Virus record (IMG/VR): IMGVR_UViG_3300001242_001222
Coordinates: 1 to 55,534 of that record
From: a virus
Lineage: Duplodnaviria; Caudoviricetes
Length of the DNA stretch: 55,534 nucleotides
Direction: 5' to 3' (one strand)
Part shown: piece by piece, positions 28,257 to 41,100 of the stretch
Numbering within the stretch: the first letter of the stretch is position 1
Layout of the letters: every line of letters begins with the position of its first letter
The notes under the pieces: generated by a model
Database searches by the model: none
Told to the model about the DNA's origin: nothing
What the model saw: the letters and a program-made list of their open reading frames with translations, nothing else
Made by a program: the position numbers and the translations under genes

Positions 28257-28290
28257 ATTGCTTCCATTTAGAAGCAAATGTATAAACTTT

Positions 28291-28689
28291 TCACAATAGA
28301 AGCAATAGAAGCAACAAAATTGTTGACCCCTGAAATCCCCGCGTGAATAACTTTTGTCGCTTTAATTTCTTCTCAATCGCCGAATATAGCGCTGCATCCT
28401 GTTGCCGAATGATGCTGTCGTTGGCTATTGTGCGCTCATAGGACTTAATTATTTTCTCCTGAGTCAAGATAATTGTGTCCCGCTGCGCAATAACCCCAGA
28501 GGCCGAATCGGTCTTTTCCTTCCACATATCGCGCTCCGTATATACTCGCCAGAGCTCTCGCGCTTGTGGTGCGGTGAAACAATAAACCGTATCACTCGCA
28601 ATGCTCACCCACCCCGGCCATTTTGACTGTGAAAAAGCTGTCGAGGTCAGTGTAAGAAGCATTATCAATATGATTGAACTTCGTTTCAT
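28291..28689 (-). CDS. Spanin-like secreted coiled-coil protein
   Basis: Signal peptide, coiled coil, hydrophobic C-terminus; overlaps the upstream gene by about 98 nt. Confidence 0.5.
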   Translation of the reverse strand: MKRSSIILIMLLTLTSTAFSQSKWPGWVSIASDTVYCFTAPQARELWRVYTERDMWKEKTDSASGVIAQRDTIILTQEKIIKSYERTIANDSIIRQQDAALYSAIEKKLKRQKLFTRGFQGSTILLLLLLLL

Positions 28690-28930
28690 ACTTGTTTGTA
28701 ATGTAGTTATTGATCTTATTCCAGTCTTTTCGGTCGATATTATCAACCACCCGGAACAGTGAGTCCCGGTATGCATTTTCCTTAGCGTTCTCAGCGTCGG
28801 CAGAATCTTTGATTTGTCGCGCTGTCTCCTCCGGGAGACTTTTTACATCCCTCCGGAGGCTAACAACGCTTATCAACAACCCAACCATGAGTGCTATCAG
28901 AATGAGAGTTAGAATGTTTTTCATTTCCAT
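28592..28930 (-). CDS. Inner-spanin-like protein
   Basis: N-terminal TM plus helical domain downstream of the endolysin. Confidence 0.5.
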   Translation of the reverse strand: MEMKNILTLILIALMVGLLISVVSLRRDVKSLPEETARQIKDSADAENAKENAYRDSLFRVVDNIDRKDWNKINNYITNKYETKFNHIDNASYTDLDSFFTVKMAGVGEHCE

Positions 28931-29442
28931 ATGTTTTGGTCCTTAATTTCCGCCGGCAAACTTCCCCATTCCTCTTGTGTGAAAATCGCCCCCGTTTTCC
29001 CAATTATGAAATCACTTTTTACAACGAATCCTACAACATCATCAGGAGTAAGCTTCAGCGCTAATTGATTTGGATTTGGATCATGCACAATGTTTAAATC
29101 GGTATCAATAACCACGGAGTGATAAACATCTTCAAATGTTTGGCTCTTTACCGTAGCGTCAAGATATCCATTTATACCACCATCAAACTTTGCAATTTTA
29201 ATCATCAATTCAAGGGAATCATCTTTTTTTCGATTGATATAGGTAATCCCATCTTCATATCCTTTTCCCCTGTAGAATTTGTGCATCTCAATGAAATGAT
29301 TTGTATCCGGATACTTTTCATTGTTTTCAAATTCAATAAAATTAGGCACATCTTCAAGCGGCAGCTCAAACAAACTTGCGACAGCTGCTTGCATGCAATT
29401 GCCACGGCCTTTATCAACTATTGTTTGAAATACCTTTTTCAT
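28921..29442 (-). CDS. Hypothetical protein, possible papain-like Cys-His-Asp fold
   Basis: GNCMQAAVASL...HSVV...HDP. Confidence 0.55.
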   Translation of the reverse strand: MKKVFQTIVDKGRGNCMQAAVASLFELPLEDVPNFIEFENNEKYPDTNHFIEMHKFYRGKGYEDGITYINRKKDDSLELMIKIAKFDGGINGYLDATVKSQTFEDVYHSVVIDTDLNIVHDPNPNQLALKLTPDDVVGFVVKSDFIIGKTGAIFTQEEWGSLPAEIKDQNIWK

Positions 29443-30128
29443 ATATCTTTGCTTGTGCTTCGGCCCGGTGTTATTGTATTGAGACTTCTGAGCATTTCAA
29501 TTAATTCAGGCTGCGGATGAGCGTCGGACTTGTCAGGCCTGTACGAAACATGCGCCCATATTCCAGGCTCTCCGTCAAGCGCTCGCGTGCTTGTGTCCCA
29601 CATATCCTCATGATACTCAAGCGAAATTCCAAATTCAGTATGAAACCATAACAGGAGGTTTTTTAAAGACTCTATCTCCGCCAGTGTATATCTCTCGAAC
29701 CACTTAAAGCCACGGAAACCATCTTTGTAGTATATGGCCCGACTTGGATCAACCACGGCGCCAGACCACGAATATAATTTACCGCCCTTTTCTGTTAGAG
29801 CTCCCCAGTTGCAGATTTCAATCTGGACAGCTTGAGAATTCAAAAACTTATCGTGTGCTTTGGTTTTGTATTTTGCTGGTACATTGCCGCCGCCCGGATT
29901 AATAGCGTACCCCCAAAACTTCGGATCAAACCCCTCAAATATTTCACCGCTGTCAACTATTCCATACGCGGTGCATACCCCATTATATTTGTCATTGCGC
30001 CACCAATCATACATTCCCCTGGCGTTATCCCATCCCGCAGAATGATGTATCACTACGATATTTTTTTTCGTTTCAACGGCAATATGCTCATTGAAATTCA
30101 ATTTTGTTACCTGTGGTTTAAGCGGCAT
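29439..30128 (-). CDS. N-acetylmuramoyl-L-alanine amidase (endolysin)
   Basis: VVIHHSAG, IEICNWG, WAHVSYRPDKSD. Confidence 0.88.
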   Translation of the reverse strand: MPLKPQVTKLNFNEHIAVETKKNIVVIHHSAGWDNARGMYDWWRNDKYNGVCTAYGIVDSGEIFEGFDPKFWGYAINPGGGNVPAKYKTKAHDKFLNSQAVQIEICNWGALTEKGGKLYSWSGAVVDPSRAIYYKDGFRGFKWFERYTLAEIESLKNLLLWFHTEFGISLEYHEDMWDTSTRALDGEPGIWAHVSYRPDKSDAHPQPELIEMLRSLNTITPGRSTSKDI

Positions 30129-32133
30129 TTTGCTGTCCTCCCATCATTTTCTGTAACAATTCCACTGCCTTCGGATCGCCCTGTCCGGCGGCCTGCTGAA
30201 TAGCGGCCATATCGGGTGTTCCTCCCTGAGCTGCCTTTTCTTCCTCCTGCTCGATCTGCTGAAGCATCTGTTCAGCAAACGGGAGTGAAGTGTTTTTGAG
30301 GAACATTTTCAGGTTGATCATCTGGCTCTTGAGCAGATCCATTAATAGGCTGTCAATGGCATTGCGATAAACCGGAGTGTCAACCGACTGAGTGAGCACT
30401 GTATCAAATTCGACATCCTGGACCAACTTAGGCTCATATACCTTGATTGCGTCGGTATATGTTTTGCCAGTAACAGCAAGATATCTCTCCTCCTTGTAAA
30501 ACTGTTTGATCACCTTCATTGCTTTCAGGTCACGGCGCTGGATAAAGCTGTTGAATGACTTTACTTTATCCATGGTGTTCATGGATGCATTCTGCGACTC
30601 TTGGGCGTAAAGGCTGGCCGGTGTGCCTGATGGCGCGCGCTGCCCCTGGATGGATGGACCAACACCCGAAATCTGTTGAATAAGATTCATCTGTACCTGC
30701 AGATATTCAGATAGTCCGGCCATGTGTGCCTGACCATTGAACTGCTTGATCACACTGTCGATGTTCTGACCCTTGGTGAGTTTAATGGTCACAACGCCAT
30801 TATGGGCCGTCCATGCGGATGCAATCTCGGCAAGATCCATCTTGTTTGCGTTGACAGCTTCCTCATCAACCACGAGCACACCCTTTGCGCTGGCGCCAAT
30901 CATCATGTCCATCATAATCATTGAGCGGTTGATGGCGCGCTGCTGATCAATAATATCCTCAACCAATCCCCAAACTTCGTGGTTTAAAAGTGGGTGCAAC
31001 ATCAGGATGTATGGATGCTCCTCATGTGCGTAGGGTGTTTCACCTTCCCATAACGCCTGGCCGCTTGATGTCAAATGCTTGCAATACCAGTATGGCTCTT
31101 TGAATTCTGTAAATGTGAGCAATGGGGTTTCTTCCGGGGACAATCCCTGCTGGGCTCCAATGCGAAGTCTGTTCTCATTCTCGCGCTTGACTTCTGATTC
31201 AGCTCCCTTCCCGGATAGAATGGTAAATGACAACGCCGTTGGGTCCCACACCTTGATGCGCCAGTCTGTGCGAATAGCGTATATCTCATATACCCGACGC
31301 TTATCCATATCGTTTGGCGTGAGAAAATTATTCATAAGCTGCCGACGATCCATGCGTTGAGCCATGTCAGAAAGATCGGACGTGTTTGATGGCGAACTGT
31401 AATACTCAAGGATTCTCTTTTCATCGGCGCGAGTCTTAGCGTAAATGGTTATGATTTCATCAACGCTATAATCATGGAATTCTCCAATAAGCTTCAGGTC
31501 ATGCATTCGCGGGTCGCTGATATTGGTGTTCCAAAACTGATTAAAGAGGTTGGTATTCTCAATAAACAGGTCATCGATATTTCTTTCCTTCCAATTTTTG
31601 AAGCGAATTTTCTGTGAAGCGTGACCGGACATCAGAAAGGATTCAAACATACGCGCATCCAATTCGTTTGTCATGTTTATTCCAAGCGCATACTGCAACG
31701 CATTGGTCATCATCTCCTGCTCCTTTGCCTTTTCCTTCGCTCTGGCAACTGCAATTGTTTTGGTCGGTGCGCTTCGATACTGGCCGATGATGTTATTGAT
31801 GAGCTGCCTGATCTGGTTATTTTTAAGCGGAACCTGTCCTTGTCGCGCAATCCATTCACCCTCCGTGATGAACTGCCCGGCGTTTTCTGGATCTTCCATC
31901 GCGTCCGACCACTGCTCACCACGGTAGTATTTGAACGACCGCATTGCGCGCGCCCTGAATGTAGATAGTGCATTCCAATAGTTTTCACACCGCTGCAACA
32001 AGAGAAGGTTGTCACCCGTGTCATCCAGTGATTTTGCCGGGACTGAATTACTGAGGTTAATCTTACCCTTGATTTGCGCCGCCCGGCTATATCTCCGCAG
32101 ATTGATTTCGTCTGTTACTTTCCTGATACTCAT
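30118..32133 (-). CDS. Portal protein (P22-like podovirus type)
   Basis: YYRGEQW, NNQIRQLINNIIG, GLVEDIIDQQRAIN, ISGV; Q-rich C-terminus. Confidence 0.85.
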   Translation of the reverse strand: MSIRKVTDEINLRRYSRAAQIKGKINLSNSVPAKSLDDTGDNLLLLQRCENYWNALSTFRARAMRSFKYYRGEQWSDAMEDPENAGQFITEGEWIARQGQVPLKNNQIRQLINNIIGQYRSAPTKTIAVARAKEKAKEQEMMTNALQYALGINMTNELDARMFESFLMSGHASQKIRFKNWKERNIDDLFIENTNLFNQFWNTNISDPRMHDLKLIGEFHDYSVDEIITIYAKTRADEKRILEYYSSPSNTSDLSDMAQRMDRRQLMNNFLTPNDMDKRRVYEIYAIRTDWRIKVWDPTALSFTILSGKGAESEVKRENENRLRIGAQQGLSPEETPLLTFTEFKEPYWYCKHLTSSGQALWEGETPYAHEEHPYILMLHPLLNHEVWGLVEDIIDQQRAINRSMIMMDMMIGASAKGVLVVDEEAVNANKMDLAEIASAWTAHNGVVTIKLTKGQNIDSVIKQFNGQAHMAGLSEYLQVQMNLIQQISGVGPSIQGQRAPSGTPASLYAQESQNASMNTMDKVKSFNSFIQRRDLKAMKVIKQFYKEERYLAVTGKTYTDAIKVYEPKLVQDVEFDTVLTQSVDTPVYRNAIDSLLMDLLKSQMINLKMFLKNTSLPFAEQMLQQIEQEEEKAAQGGTPDMAAIQQAAGQGDPKAVELLQKMMGGQQNAA

Positions 32134-35100
32134 GGTTTTTGTTGTTTAATGATCGTGTCAAAATATTTCTCTGAAATTTCTCGTTGTATTTTCAGGCGTT
32201 CGTTTTCATCCGTGACATCCTTCAATGTTTTAGAAGCCTCTTTTATGTCATCCATGAAAAATGGGTTGACATTGAGGTTTGTTTCGGCTTCAAAGTGGGT
32301 AAGAAGGGATTTTTTGTCGCTCTTTTTCGATGGATCCAGTCCAGAATACATGTCGGCGTTTTCCTTGTACCATTTGTCAAACATGGCTCTCTCGTAATTA
32401 TCAATCTCCTCATAGCGATTGTATAATTTCCAATACTGATCAACATACTGTGATCTCCAAGGCTGACGGATAAACCGATTAAGCACGGGGATCATGTTTG
32501 CGTTGACCTCATCAAAAACACCATCCTGCTCGCCTTTGGTGTACTTAATAGCGCCGTCAACAATGGCGTCCGATGTTTTGAATAACTGATTAAAGAATTG
32601 ACCTCTACCTCCCAGGTACGACTCAATCAGATATTCAATATTGGATGGGTTCCAGTCCGCAATACCAGGGACCTTTGAAACACCACCCTCATCGTCGATG
32701 CTAAGGAGGGACTTAACTTTAGGATCACCACCGCCAAGCTGAAACAGCTGATCTGAAATCCATTGATAAACCTCCCCGGTGTTTTTCTTCGCCTGCATTG
32801 AATTCGGAGTCAGGTCATCAATCTTCTTTGTGAAACCTGCATTGCGAATATCTCTGCCGGTAAAGTCTTTCCCGGTCACCCACACATCAAACATTGGCTG
32901 AAGTGACGTTGGGACCAATGGTCTTATGGTCAATCCGCCGTTTTCGGTGATCAACTGTCCTGGTTCAAAGGGACTAAAGCTGTTGGCGAAGTCAGATAAG
33001 CTGCCGGCCACATAGCCACCAACCGACTTGTCTCCATTGACAACGCTGTGCAGTTGTTCGCCCATGCCATAGAAAGATCTGAACACTGGCGGAAGCGGGA
33101 TGGAAATGAATGACTTGTCGTCGTCGTCCCAGAATGTCGGAATGATCAGGTAATTTTTCCGGAGGTATGGATTAAGCGCTTCGTAGTAGTTGCCAAACTC
33201 ATCATCATCTCCGCCGATCATCCGATTAAGCGCGCCCATGATGTAACCAAGCGCAAAGAATGACACTGAGGCGGTTGTTATCGCGACCTTGTTTTTCTTT
33301 GCAAGGCCCATGAAGTTGAGACCACCCTGAACAGCGGGGTTGAAAAATGCATACATAGCCCCCAGAAATGACGTAAGCTGACCTTTCCGGTCAAAGTTGA
33401 CCGTGACGTTCTTTGCGGCCTTGATCGCCTCAGAATCGCTCTTTCCTGTCTTTACGGCAGCAATGTATGTGGCAAACCTTGACATATCCTCTGACCACCC
33501 AGCCATGTAGTCCAATGTTTTATTCAAAAAACGACCTACATGTATGGCTGCGTTGCGTGGTTTAAGTGGTTTTGACAAAATTGATATGTCGCGCTCTATC
33601 TCGACCTTGATCTTATCAAGCTCCATATTGCGAAGGAAACCGGTGCGGCCACCTCCGGATATAAAGTCAGCATATAATTTATCGTAGTAGTAGCGATTTC
33701 GGGTAATGCCATCGTATTTCTCGGGCTGAGCTTTACCACTCATCGCTCTGGTGATGGCTCCGGATGCCCGGCGCATATTCAGCACGAAGGATGTTCCCTG
33801 GTTGTCGGATGCGTTGGAGATCCAAGCATAGGCAAAGTCCCTCGTTAAGTTCGGGATGATGAAGGCCGGGTTCTTTGATGTCATCAGGGAGGACATGAAA
33901 CGAGTCACGCGCCCAACGGTCCTCTGTGATACCCTGGATGCATCCTGCCACATATCGTTATTGTGGTTGATCGCATTGGCAACGTCCGGATCGGTTGTAA
34001 CGATGATGTATTTCTCTCCATTTTCAAGCACCTCGACCTCACGCTGTTCGGCCATACTTCCCGGCAGGTGTCGCTTGTATTCGCTTGCCACTTCAGTTGT
34101 CACAAGGTCGGCCTCAAATAGAGCGTCCGGAGGTTTGACTGTGGTTTCGATTGTTTTTTCCAGACCGGTTTCAGGGTCAATGATACCGGTTTTCACATAC
34201 CAGACTTTTTTCGCCTCAAACAATCCATCCTTCTTGTCGTAGTTCTTGCGGATCATATTGAGAAACGCCTGCTTTGTCTTGTTATCCTCACCCCAGACGA
34301 CTGCGGACATCATCATATTTTCCATATAGGCCAGTGGTGAGTCGGCTTCGGAAATACGGCCCTCAGCTGATTTCAGCATATTTGAATTTCCACCGTGTCC
34401 CTGCTGCCAGTCGAATATATCCTTGCCATCCTCGCGCCATCCACGGAGAGGAACATAATTACTCCATCGGGTTGACAGTTCGGTGTGCTGCTCCTCGTTG
34501 ATTGCACCATATTCAAGATACAGATCAAGCACCGCCGCATTCATATCGTGAACAAACACGCTTAATTCGTCAGCCTTCTGTTTCCCGATTTTGCTTTCAT
34601 AGTCAGCGGCAATGGCGTTGGCAACATCATTGTCAAGAGGAACACCATCAAAGTCAAGCTTTTCATTCAGCTCGTCGCTGATCTTATTGAATTCCTCTGT
34701 TGATGTATTTGGATTGACCTTTGACGCCAACTGCGCCTGCAAATATGCTTCGCGGATGGGATGATCTTTCGGTAAAATGATACCGCCGGAATAAACCCTG
34801 TTTGGATCTTCATCCGTGTTCTTCGACCGGTAATAATCATTTCTCTCTGGCGCATGTTTGGCAATCAGATATTTTTCAATATCCTGGAATGTGAGTGAAC
34901 GATTACCCTTCATTATTTCGACAATCTTCTTTTCAATGGGGTCAAGTAGTTTATCACTCAGCTTTTCAATACGAGCCATCGCGCGGGAACGGGCTCTGTT
35001 TTCCTGATCGTAGGCATTGGAAAATGTATCAATCTTTCCACCCCTGCGAATAACTTCATCCTGCAGGAGTTTCACCGGCTGCATTCTGTCACCAAATAAC

Positions 35101-38100
35101 ATGCGGAGTCTGTTTCCGGCACCACGGACAATCTTCTGGTTTTTCGGGAGACGTGGACCGGATGAAGCGCGGAACATTGGAACGCCATCCAGCACGGAGT
35201 CTTTCATGCTGTCGGTTACAGGAATTGAATTCACTTCGCCGATTTCCGAAAGCTCCACAGGCTGCACCTGGGCGCCGAATTTCTTTCCGATCTTGTTTGC
35301 AATGGAGGGGATAATGTTGTCGTAAAAGGCTTTCATTCCTTCGCCACCGACCTTGAGATCAAGGCCTGCATAAACATTTGATTTCCGCGCCGGAAAGTTG
35401 TATTTACCTATATTGAAATCATCAATGATTCTTTTAGCCAAATCCCTGCCTACTGTATTTTCAAGATCTTTTTCCGCAACTGTTACCCTTCTTTTCCCGC
35501 CTCCATTATATTCTATTTCTAAGGCGTAGTTTTCGTTATTATCTTTTTTAGCCACTATCTCATTAACCTGCTTACTAAGATCATATCTTTCGGCTTGCTG
35601 TTCGCCATTAGTCCATGCAATTCTGTCGAAGTTGTTCTCTGCTGCATAGCGGATCATGCGTCGCATAACAAGTCCGGCCCACTGGTCAGTCTTTTTGAAA
35701 GGCATGTCCGGAACATTCTTTTCAATGTTTGCGGCCGCTTTCCAATCGATAAGCAACTGAATGTATTTTGGGTCAATATCAAAGGTTTGCACGAAATCAG
35801 GATCTTTTGAAATCTGCCTTGCAGCTTCCTGCCATGAATTAAAACCAAGATTATTCATGTCTTTAATTGCCGCAACTGCATCCTTTCCAAGCTGAGTATC
35901 CCATTTGAAATCCTTCGGCTTAAATCCTTCTTTTTTACCACTCTGCGCCCAATCAGACTGTACTTCCTCAAGGAATAATACCTTGTTTCCATCTTTATCT
36001 GTTCGCTCGTTGAAGCGGATGTGCGCAAGGATATTTGGCTCGTTGAAATGGGAGGATTTGAAAGCTGACTTTTCCTCTTTTGTGGCTATTCTGTTTTTAA
36101 ACAATTTGATTGCTTCCGTCTCGGATATAGCTGATTGAAGCCCTTCATATTCACCATCCCTTTCAATTGAATATAAATACTGATCACCATTAAGTTTTTC
36201 GTGTTTAATTGCCGTTATTTTCCCCGATACGCTTACGGGCATCGTCAACAGCATCTCTTTGTAATTGTCTCCGCCGGGGAGTTGGTAGTCTGAATATTTT
36301 GCGTCGGTCAATTTGGGTAACTGGTAGTCATACGTCTGAGCACCACCTTGTATCACCATCTTGCCATCAACTAATACATTGTAGCCAAATTGTGTTGCCG
36401 AAGATGCATTTTGAACAACTTCAATATTCTCAGCATCCGGATATTTACTTTTAGCCCAATTCTCCCACACTTTAATATTAGGATCAATTGTTGGTCTAAT
36501 TTCCCCTTTGGTTATATCCTCAATCTCCACCCGATTCTCATCGACCCATTTCTGAATATCCTCTCTGGTGAATATTTTTCCCGACTCATTGAAATTATCA
36601 TCCCATCCCATCCAGTCAAGTTCTGCAGGCTTCGCTCCGGAATTCATCAGCATAGCCTTCCATTGTGCCGGCAGCGCTTTATTCTGCTGGATCTTGCTGA
36701 GTGCTGTTTCGACTGTAGACTGGTAGGTTTTTGGCGATGGGGTTTTTGTGGATGCGTGGAATTGTATCTGCGGTTTATTCCGATCAAAGGCGCCGGTGTT
36801 ACCGGTTGCAGACTTGATCTGATTGGGATCAAGCGCGACAAATTGATCATTATTCCCTCCTGCAGCACCGTTGTCAAAGGATGTTCCCTTGATAACTATT
36901 CCATCATATCCATCATTTTTAAGATTCTCGACATATTCTTTTACAACCTCGCCTGCATTATTCAAAGACATTCCAAGTCCGCCGATGTTTGCATCCCTCG
37001 ACCCCTTCCCGGCTATTTTGTAAACATCGGTTCTAAACTTCTGATACGCATCGGAATAATGAAGTTCGTCAGATTTATCTTTAAGCACCGACAATTCTTT
37101 CACATACTCAGCTGCTTGAAGTCCGTCAGACATTGCCGCAGCACTCCCTTTTGTTCTGGCTGAATAATAATCCCTGTTTGTGTCATCAATCCGTCCATAA
37201 GCGGAGAGATTAAACGCCTCAAGTTCTTGCCAGTTTCCATAATACTCACTCCACTTGCTCCTGAGCTTCGATATAGTATTTTCCGCAGCATCTATCTTTG
37301 ATCGAATATCAGATATGGCTTTAGGATCAACCGAGTCGGTTGTAAATATTTTAGGGTTTTTGATTGATAGATATGTGTCGTACACTACCGGACTATTTCC
37401 CTCACCGTACCAAATTTCTTTTGCAAAGTTTTCCCCGAAATTTTCAGCTGACGAAAACCAAAAGCCAACTTTTGCAATATCGTTTGATTGTCCAGACTTT
37501 TCAATATCAAACTCAGTGAAATTACTAAGGCTGCCATGGTTTACTACCAGCGGCCGGCCAGACTCATCCACAACCTTGCTATCTCCAAACCACTTCCAAA
37601 AGTTTTCAATACCGGAAATGGTTGGATGAATTGCCTTGCCGTCACTGTTGCGGGTCGGTCTTTCAACGCCATCAACCGTTATGGTTTCCGGAATAGCTTC
37701 GGCTGTTGCATCCATCGCAACACCGCCAGTCTCAACAATAGCATTCAGATACAGAGTGTGATCCATCGATACCGGAAACTGCATCCCCGACATAACGGAC
37801 GTAACAGAGAATGGCTGCGCCATAACAAGGTTGTCAGCAATAACAATGGCCTCATCCGGTTTTACTCCATCCTTTATTAATTTCTCAGCGAATTCATTTC
37901 TCTTTTCATCCCTGAAGATTACATTTCTTGCGTTTACCTCTCCAAGCTTAACCCTGTAAGCATCGTTGTCCGACAATTCAAATGCGAGTCTCTGCCTGAT
38001 TTTGCCAAGGCGTTTGAGTTGATCATTGATTTCGGACAATGCTTTTGCGCGATCAGATACATTGCGATTTTTCCACCTGCTTAGATCCTCTTGCTTCCCG

Positions 38101-41100
38101 ATCAACAACCGCGCTTCCTGATCAATTTGACTGATTGCATCAGTCCTCGCCTCCATGGATGCACCGGGCTCGAATCCCTCAATACCCTGAATTGCATGCT
38201 GTACTTCATGCAGTAATGTGTGACGTAATTCAGTGGGCGTCCAGTTGTGGTTTGAATTTATGACAATTGATTGGGTCTCTTGTTCAAAACCACCCTTGAT
38301 GTTTGCGCCATAACTTTCTGTTCGGACGGTTATGTCGGCCAGCTTAGGGTAATACTTAAAATGTTCCGGGGCCTTGATGACGTCAGAGAGTTTAACCTTT
38401 CGTGGCTCTGGATCCAATGGATCCGCAAAGTCGATAGATATATCCTGAATGATGCTTTTTACATTGCTTCCCTTCAGGGTGAAGTTGCGATCACTGAATT
38501 CATAAAACCATTTTCCATCAGGACCCTTCTCCCATCCGGTTACAAGCTTGATCTCGTTAGCGCCATAACCAAGTACACTCATCTGAAGTGCCTCGACCTT
38601 CTTCTCCTCGACGATAATTGCTTCATCCATATTCTTGATGGCGTTGTCACCAGCCATTGAAAACATTGGTTGACCAGCGACTACCGATTGCTTTGCGGCA
38701 TTGCGAATAAGGTTCTGTTTTGACTTCTCTGCCAGTACGCGCAGGTCTGTTTCTGAGAATGGAATACCGTAAGCATTGAACAGATCTCTGACCATCTGCT
38801 TGATCTCGGCCCAAATACTCTGCATCCAGGTCGGGGCTGTGCCATTCATAAGATCCTCGAATGAATACGCAAGGAATTCATCAGCAATTGCCTGTGGCTT
38901 GCCGGAGTAATAGCCTTTGTTGATATCAATTATTTCGGCTCGTTGTTCCTCAGACATGCCGTTATATACCTGAGTCAACAGCTTGTCGAATTTCTCTCCA
39001 AACAACTGTCTCATGCCATGATGTGCAACAACTTCGTGCGCGATCAGGGTTTTGACTTTATCAACGTCGCTGATATTTGATGGAATAAGGACGACCTCCG
39101 GGCTCCCGGACGTCTCATTGTAAAATCCATCAATCATAAAGTCGGACTTTGCGGCCTTTGCTTTTTTAAGTTCCTCCTTTACATTGTCGGGCAATTCATT
39201 CATATTGGAAATTGCGCGGACTGGTATTCCAAAGCCCTTTGCAAAGTCGTTTGCAACTGACTGAATAAGACGGTGCCAGGCAATATCGTTTTCGGCCGCA
39301 GCGACAATCTGCTCAAGTGCGTTTGAGCGGAATAACGTCAGATTATTTCCGTCGGTGCTAATTATTTCACCACGAATTTTTTCAAGGCTGTCAATATATT
39401 TCTTTGCCTCATCAACCTTGCGTTGATAGGGGGCCATTGCCGCCTGAAAGTTCTCCGACGATGTGTCTGATTCAACGTCATCAAACATACCGATCTGATT
39501 GGTCGGACCCTCTTGGTCAACACCAAACAGATTAACACGATTTTGTAATTCTTTCGCGTGCTTATCGCGCTCGTTTACCGCAACCTTCCATCGCGCCCTG
39601 GCTGCGGCAATCTCTTTATCTATCTGCTGTATTCGCTGACGTGACTGCGGAGACAGATTACTATCGGCAGCGTGGAATGGAGACTCGAGTTCGGTTAAAT
39701 CTTCTTCTCCTTCATTGCTGTCTGGTCGTGCTCCCGGATCATCTGGGACGCTGCTCTGATTCTCCTGATTAAATTCAGATCCACTGGATTCGGTTTGGGT
39801 GGATTGAAATACTGGCTTTTCGATTTGTCCATTTCGGGAGTCGATGATGAGGTGTCTGATGGTTTCATAATTGTCATTGGTTAATTCGTTTCTGACGGAC
39901 TCAAGTCGGCTCAAAAGATCCATCGACTTATCGCTGGTATATCTTTTTAAAAACGACTCAATTACTTCAATATTGTTTTTGGATGAAACGCGTTGATATT
40001 GACTCGGCCATACACCCGTAATGGTCCGGAATTTTTCTGCAAGGGCCATGCGTCTTGCGCTGTTCTTAGGATTAGAGCGGGACAATTCAACCATAAACTC
40101 GGCAATCTTCTCCGCATCCTGCTGTGATCCTTCCATATCAAACCCCATGGCAATAACATCAAGGGGTGTTCCCTTCTTATTGAAAAACATCCGCGCGAGG
40201 GTCTGGGTTATTTGTTCCGGATCATAGACATTTGCAAATGATTTCTGAGTGGTCTTATAACCACCATCGGCAAGGGCCTGTTGCCATGGTTTCAGAGTGT
40301 TATACGGCAGTCGATCATTCTCCATTTGCCACGCCTGGTATATCTGCGAAGGATCTGCTGAGTTTTTTATCACATAGTCAATAAACTCCGTCTCGGATGT
40401 AGCTTTGCCAACACTGGGAGAATACGATAGCGGTAAATGAGTGCGCTTCCCATCACCCAACCAGTCTTTGAAGTTGTCCATCTCCATTTCGGTTACTGCG
40501 CCGAAACCGGTCCATCCTTCATCATAGTTTGCCATGTATGCAGCAACGGCCTCAGCTGAGCTGTTAAAGCCAAGCATGACTTTATGCTCGTCAAAATTGC
40601 CGTTATTATCCAGCTGGTCAATTATATACACGTTTTCGCTTATAAGATCATCACCAAGGAACACGTCAACCTGGTCTTTATCTTTGCCCTCTGTCCGTTC
40701 GAAATACCCGTAGGTATTATTCATGGTTGTGCTCCACGGCTCACCATTGGCGTCAACGCCTGAGCGCTCTGATCCCTTCGGGTTTTCAATAGCAATATTC
40801 AATCCCTGTACTTCGATGCGACCCTTCTTGTAATTACCGGCCTCCTTCTGTTTCTCAGTTGGGTTGGTATTTGTGACGGCCTCCTGTTGTGTAATTTCTT
40901 CCGGGGAGGATGTGTTTTCCGGAACCTCAATAACCGGAGCCTGTTCTGTTTCCGGTTGTATTACTTCCGCCTGCGGGGTTTCCTGCTGAGGTGTCAAGGT
41001 TTCGGCTGTAGGTGTCAAGGTTTCATTCGGCTGCTCCTGAATGGGCTGCTGCTCGATGACTGGCGCCTGCTGTTCAATGGGTGTTTCTGCGACCGGCTGT

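Noticed and set aside
36390-37163. 257-aa plus-strand ORF and other antisense ORFs inside long genes
   Set aside because: Shadow frames of well-supported genes with no motifs or start signals, unlike the MTase beta frame.
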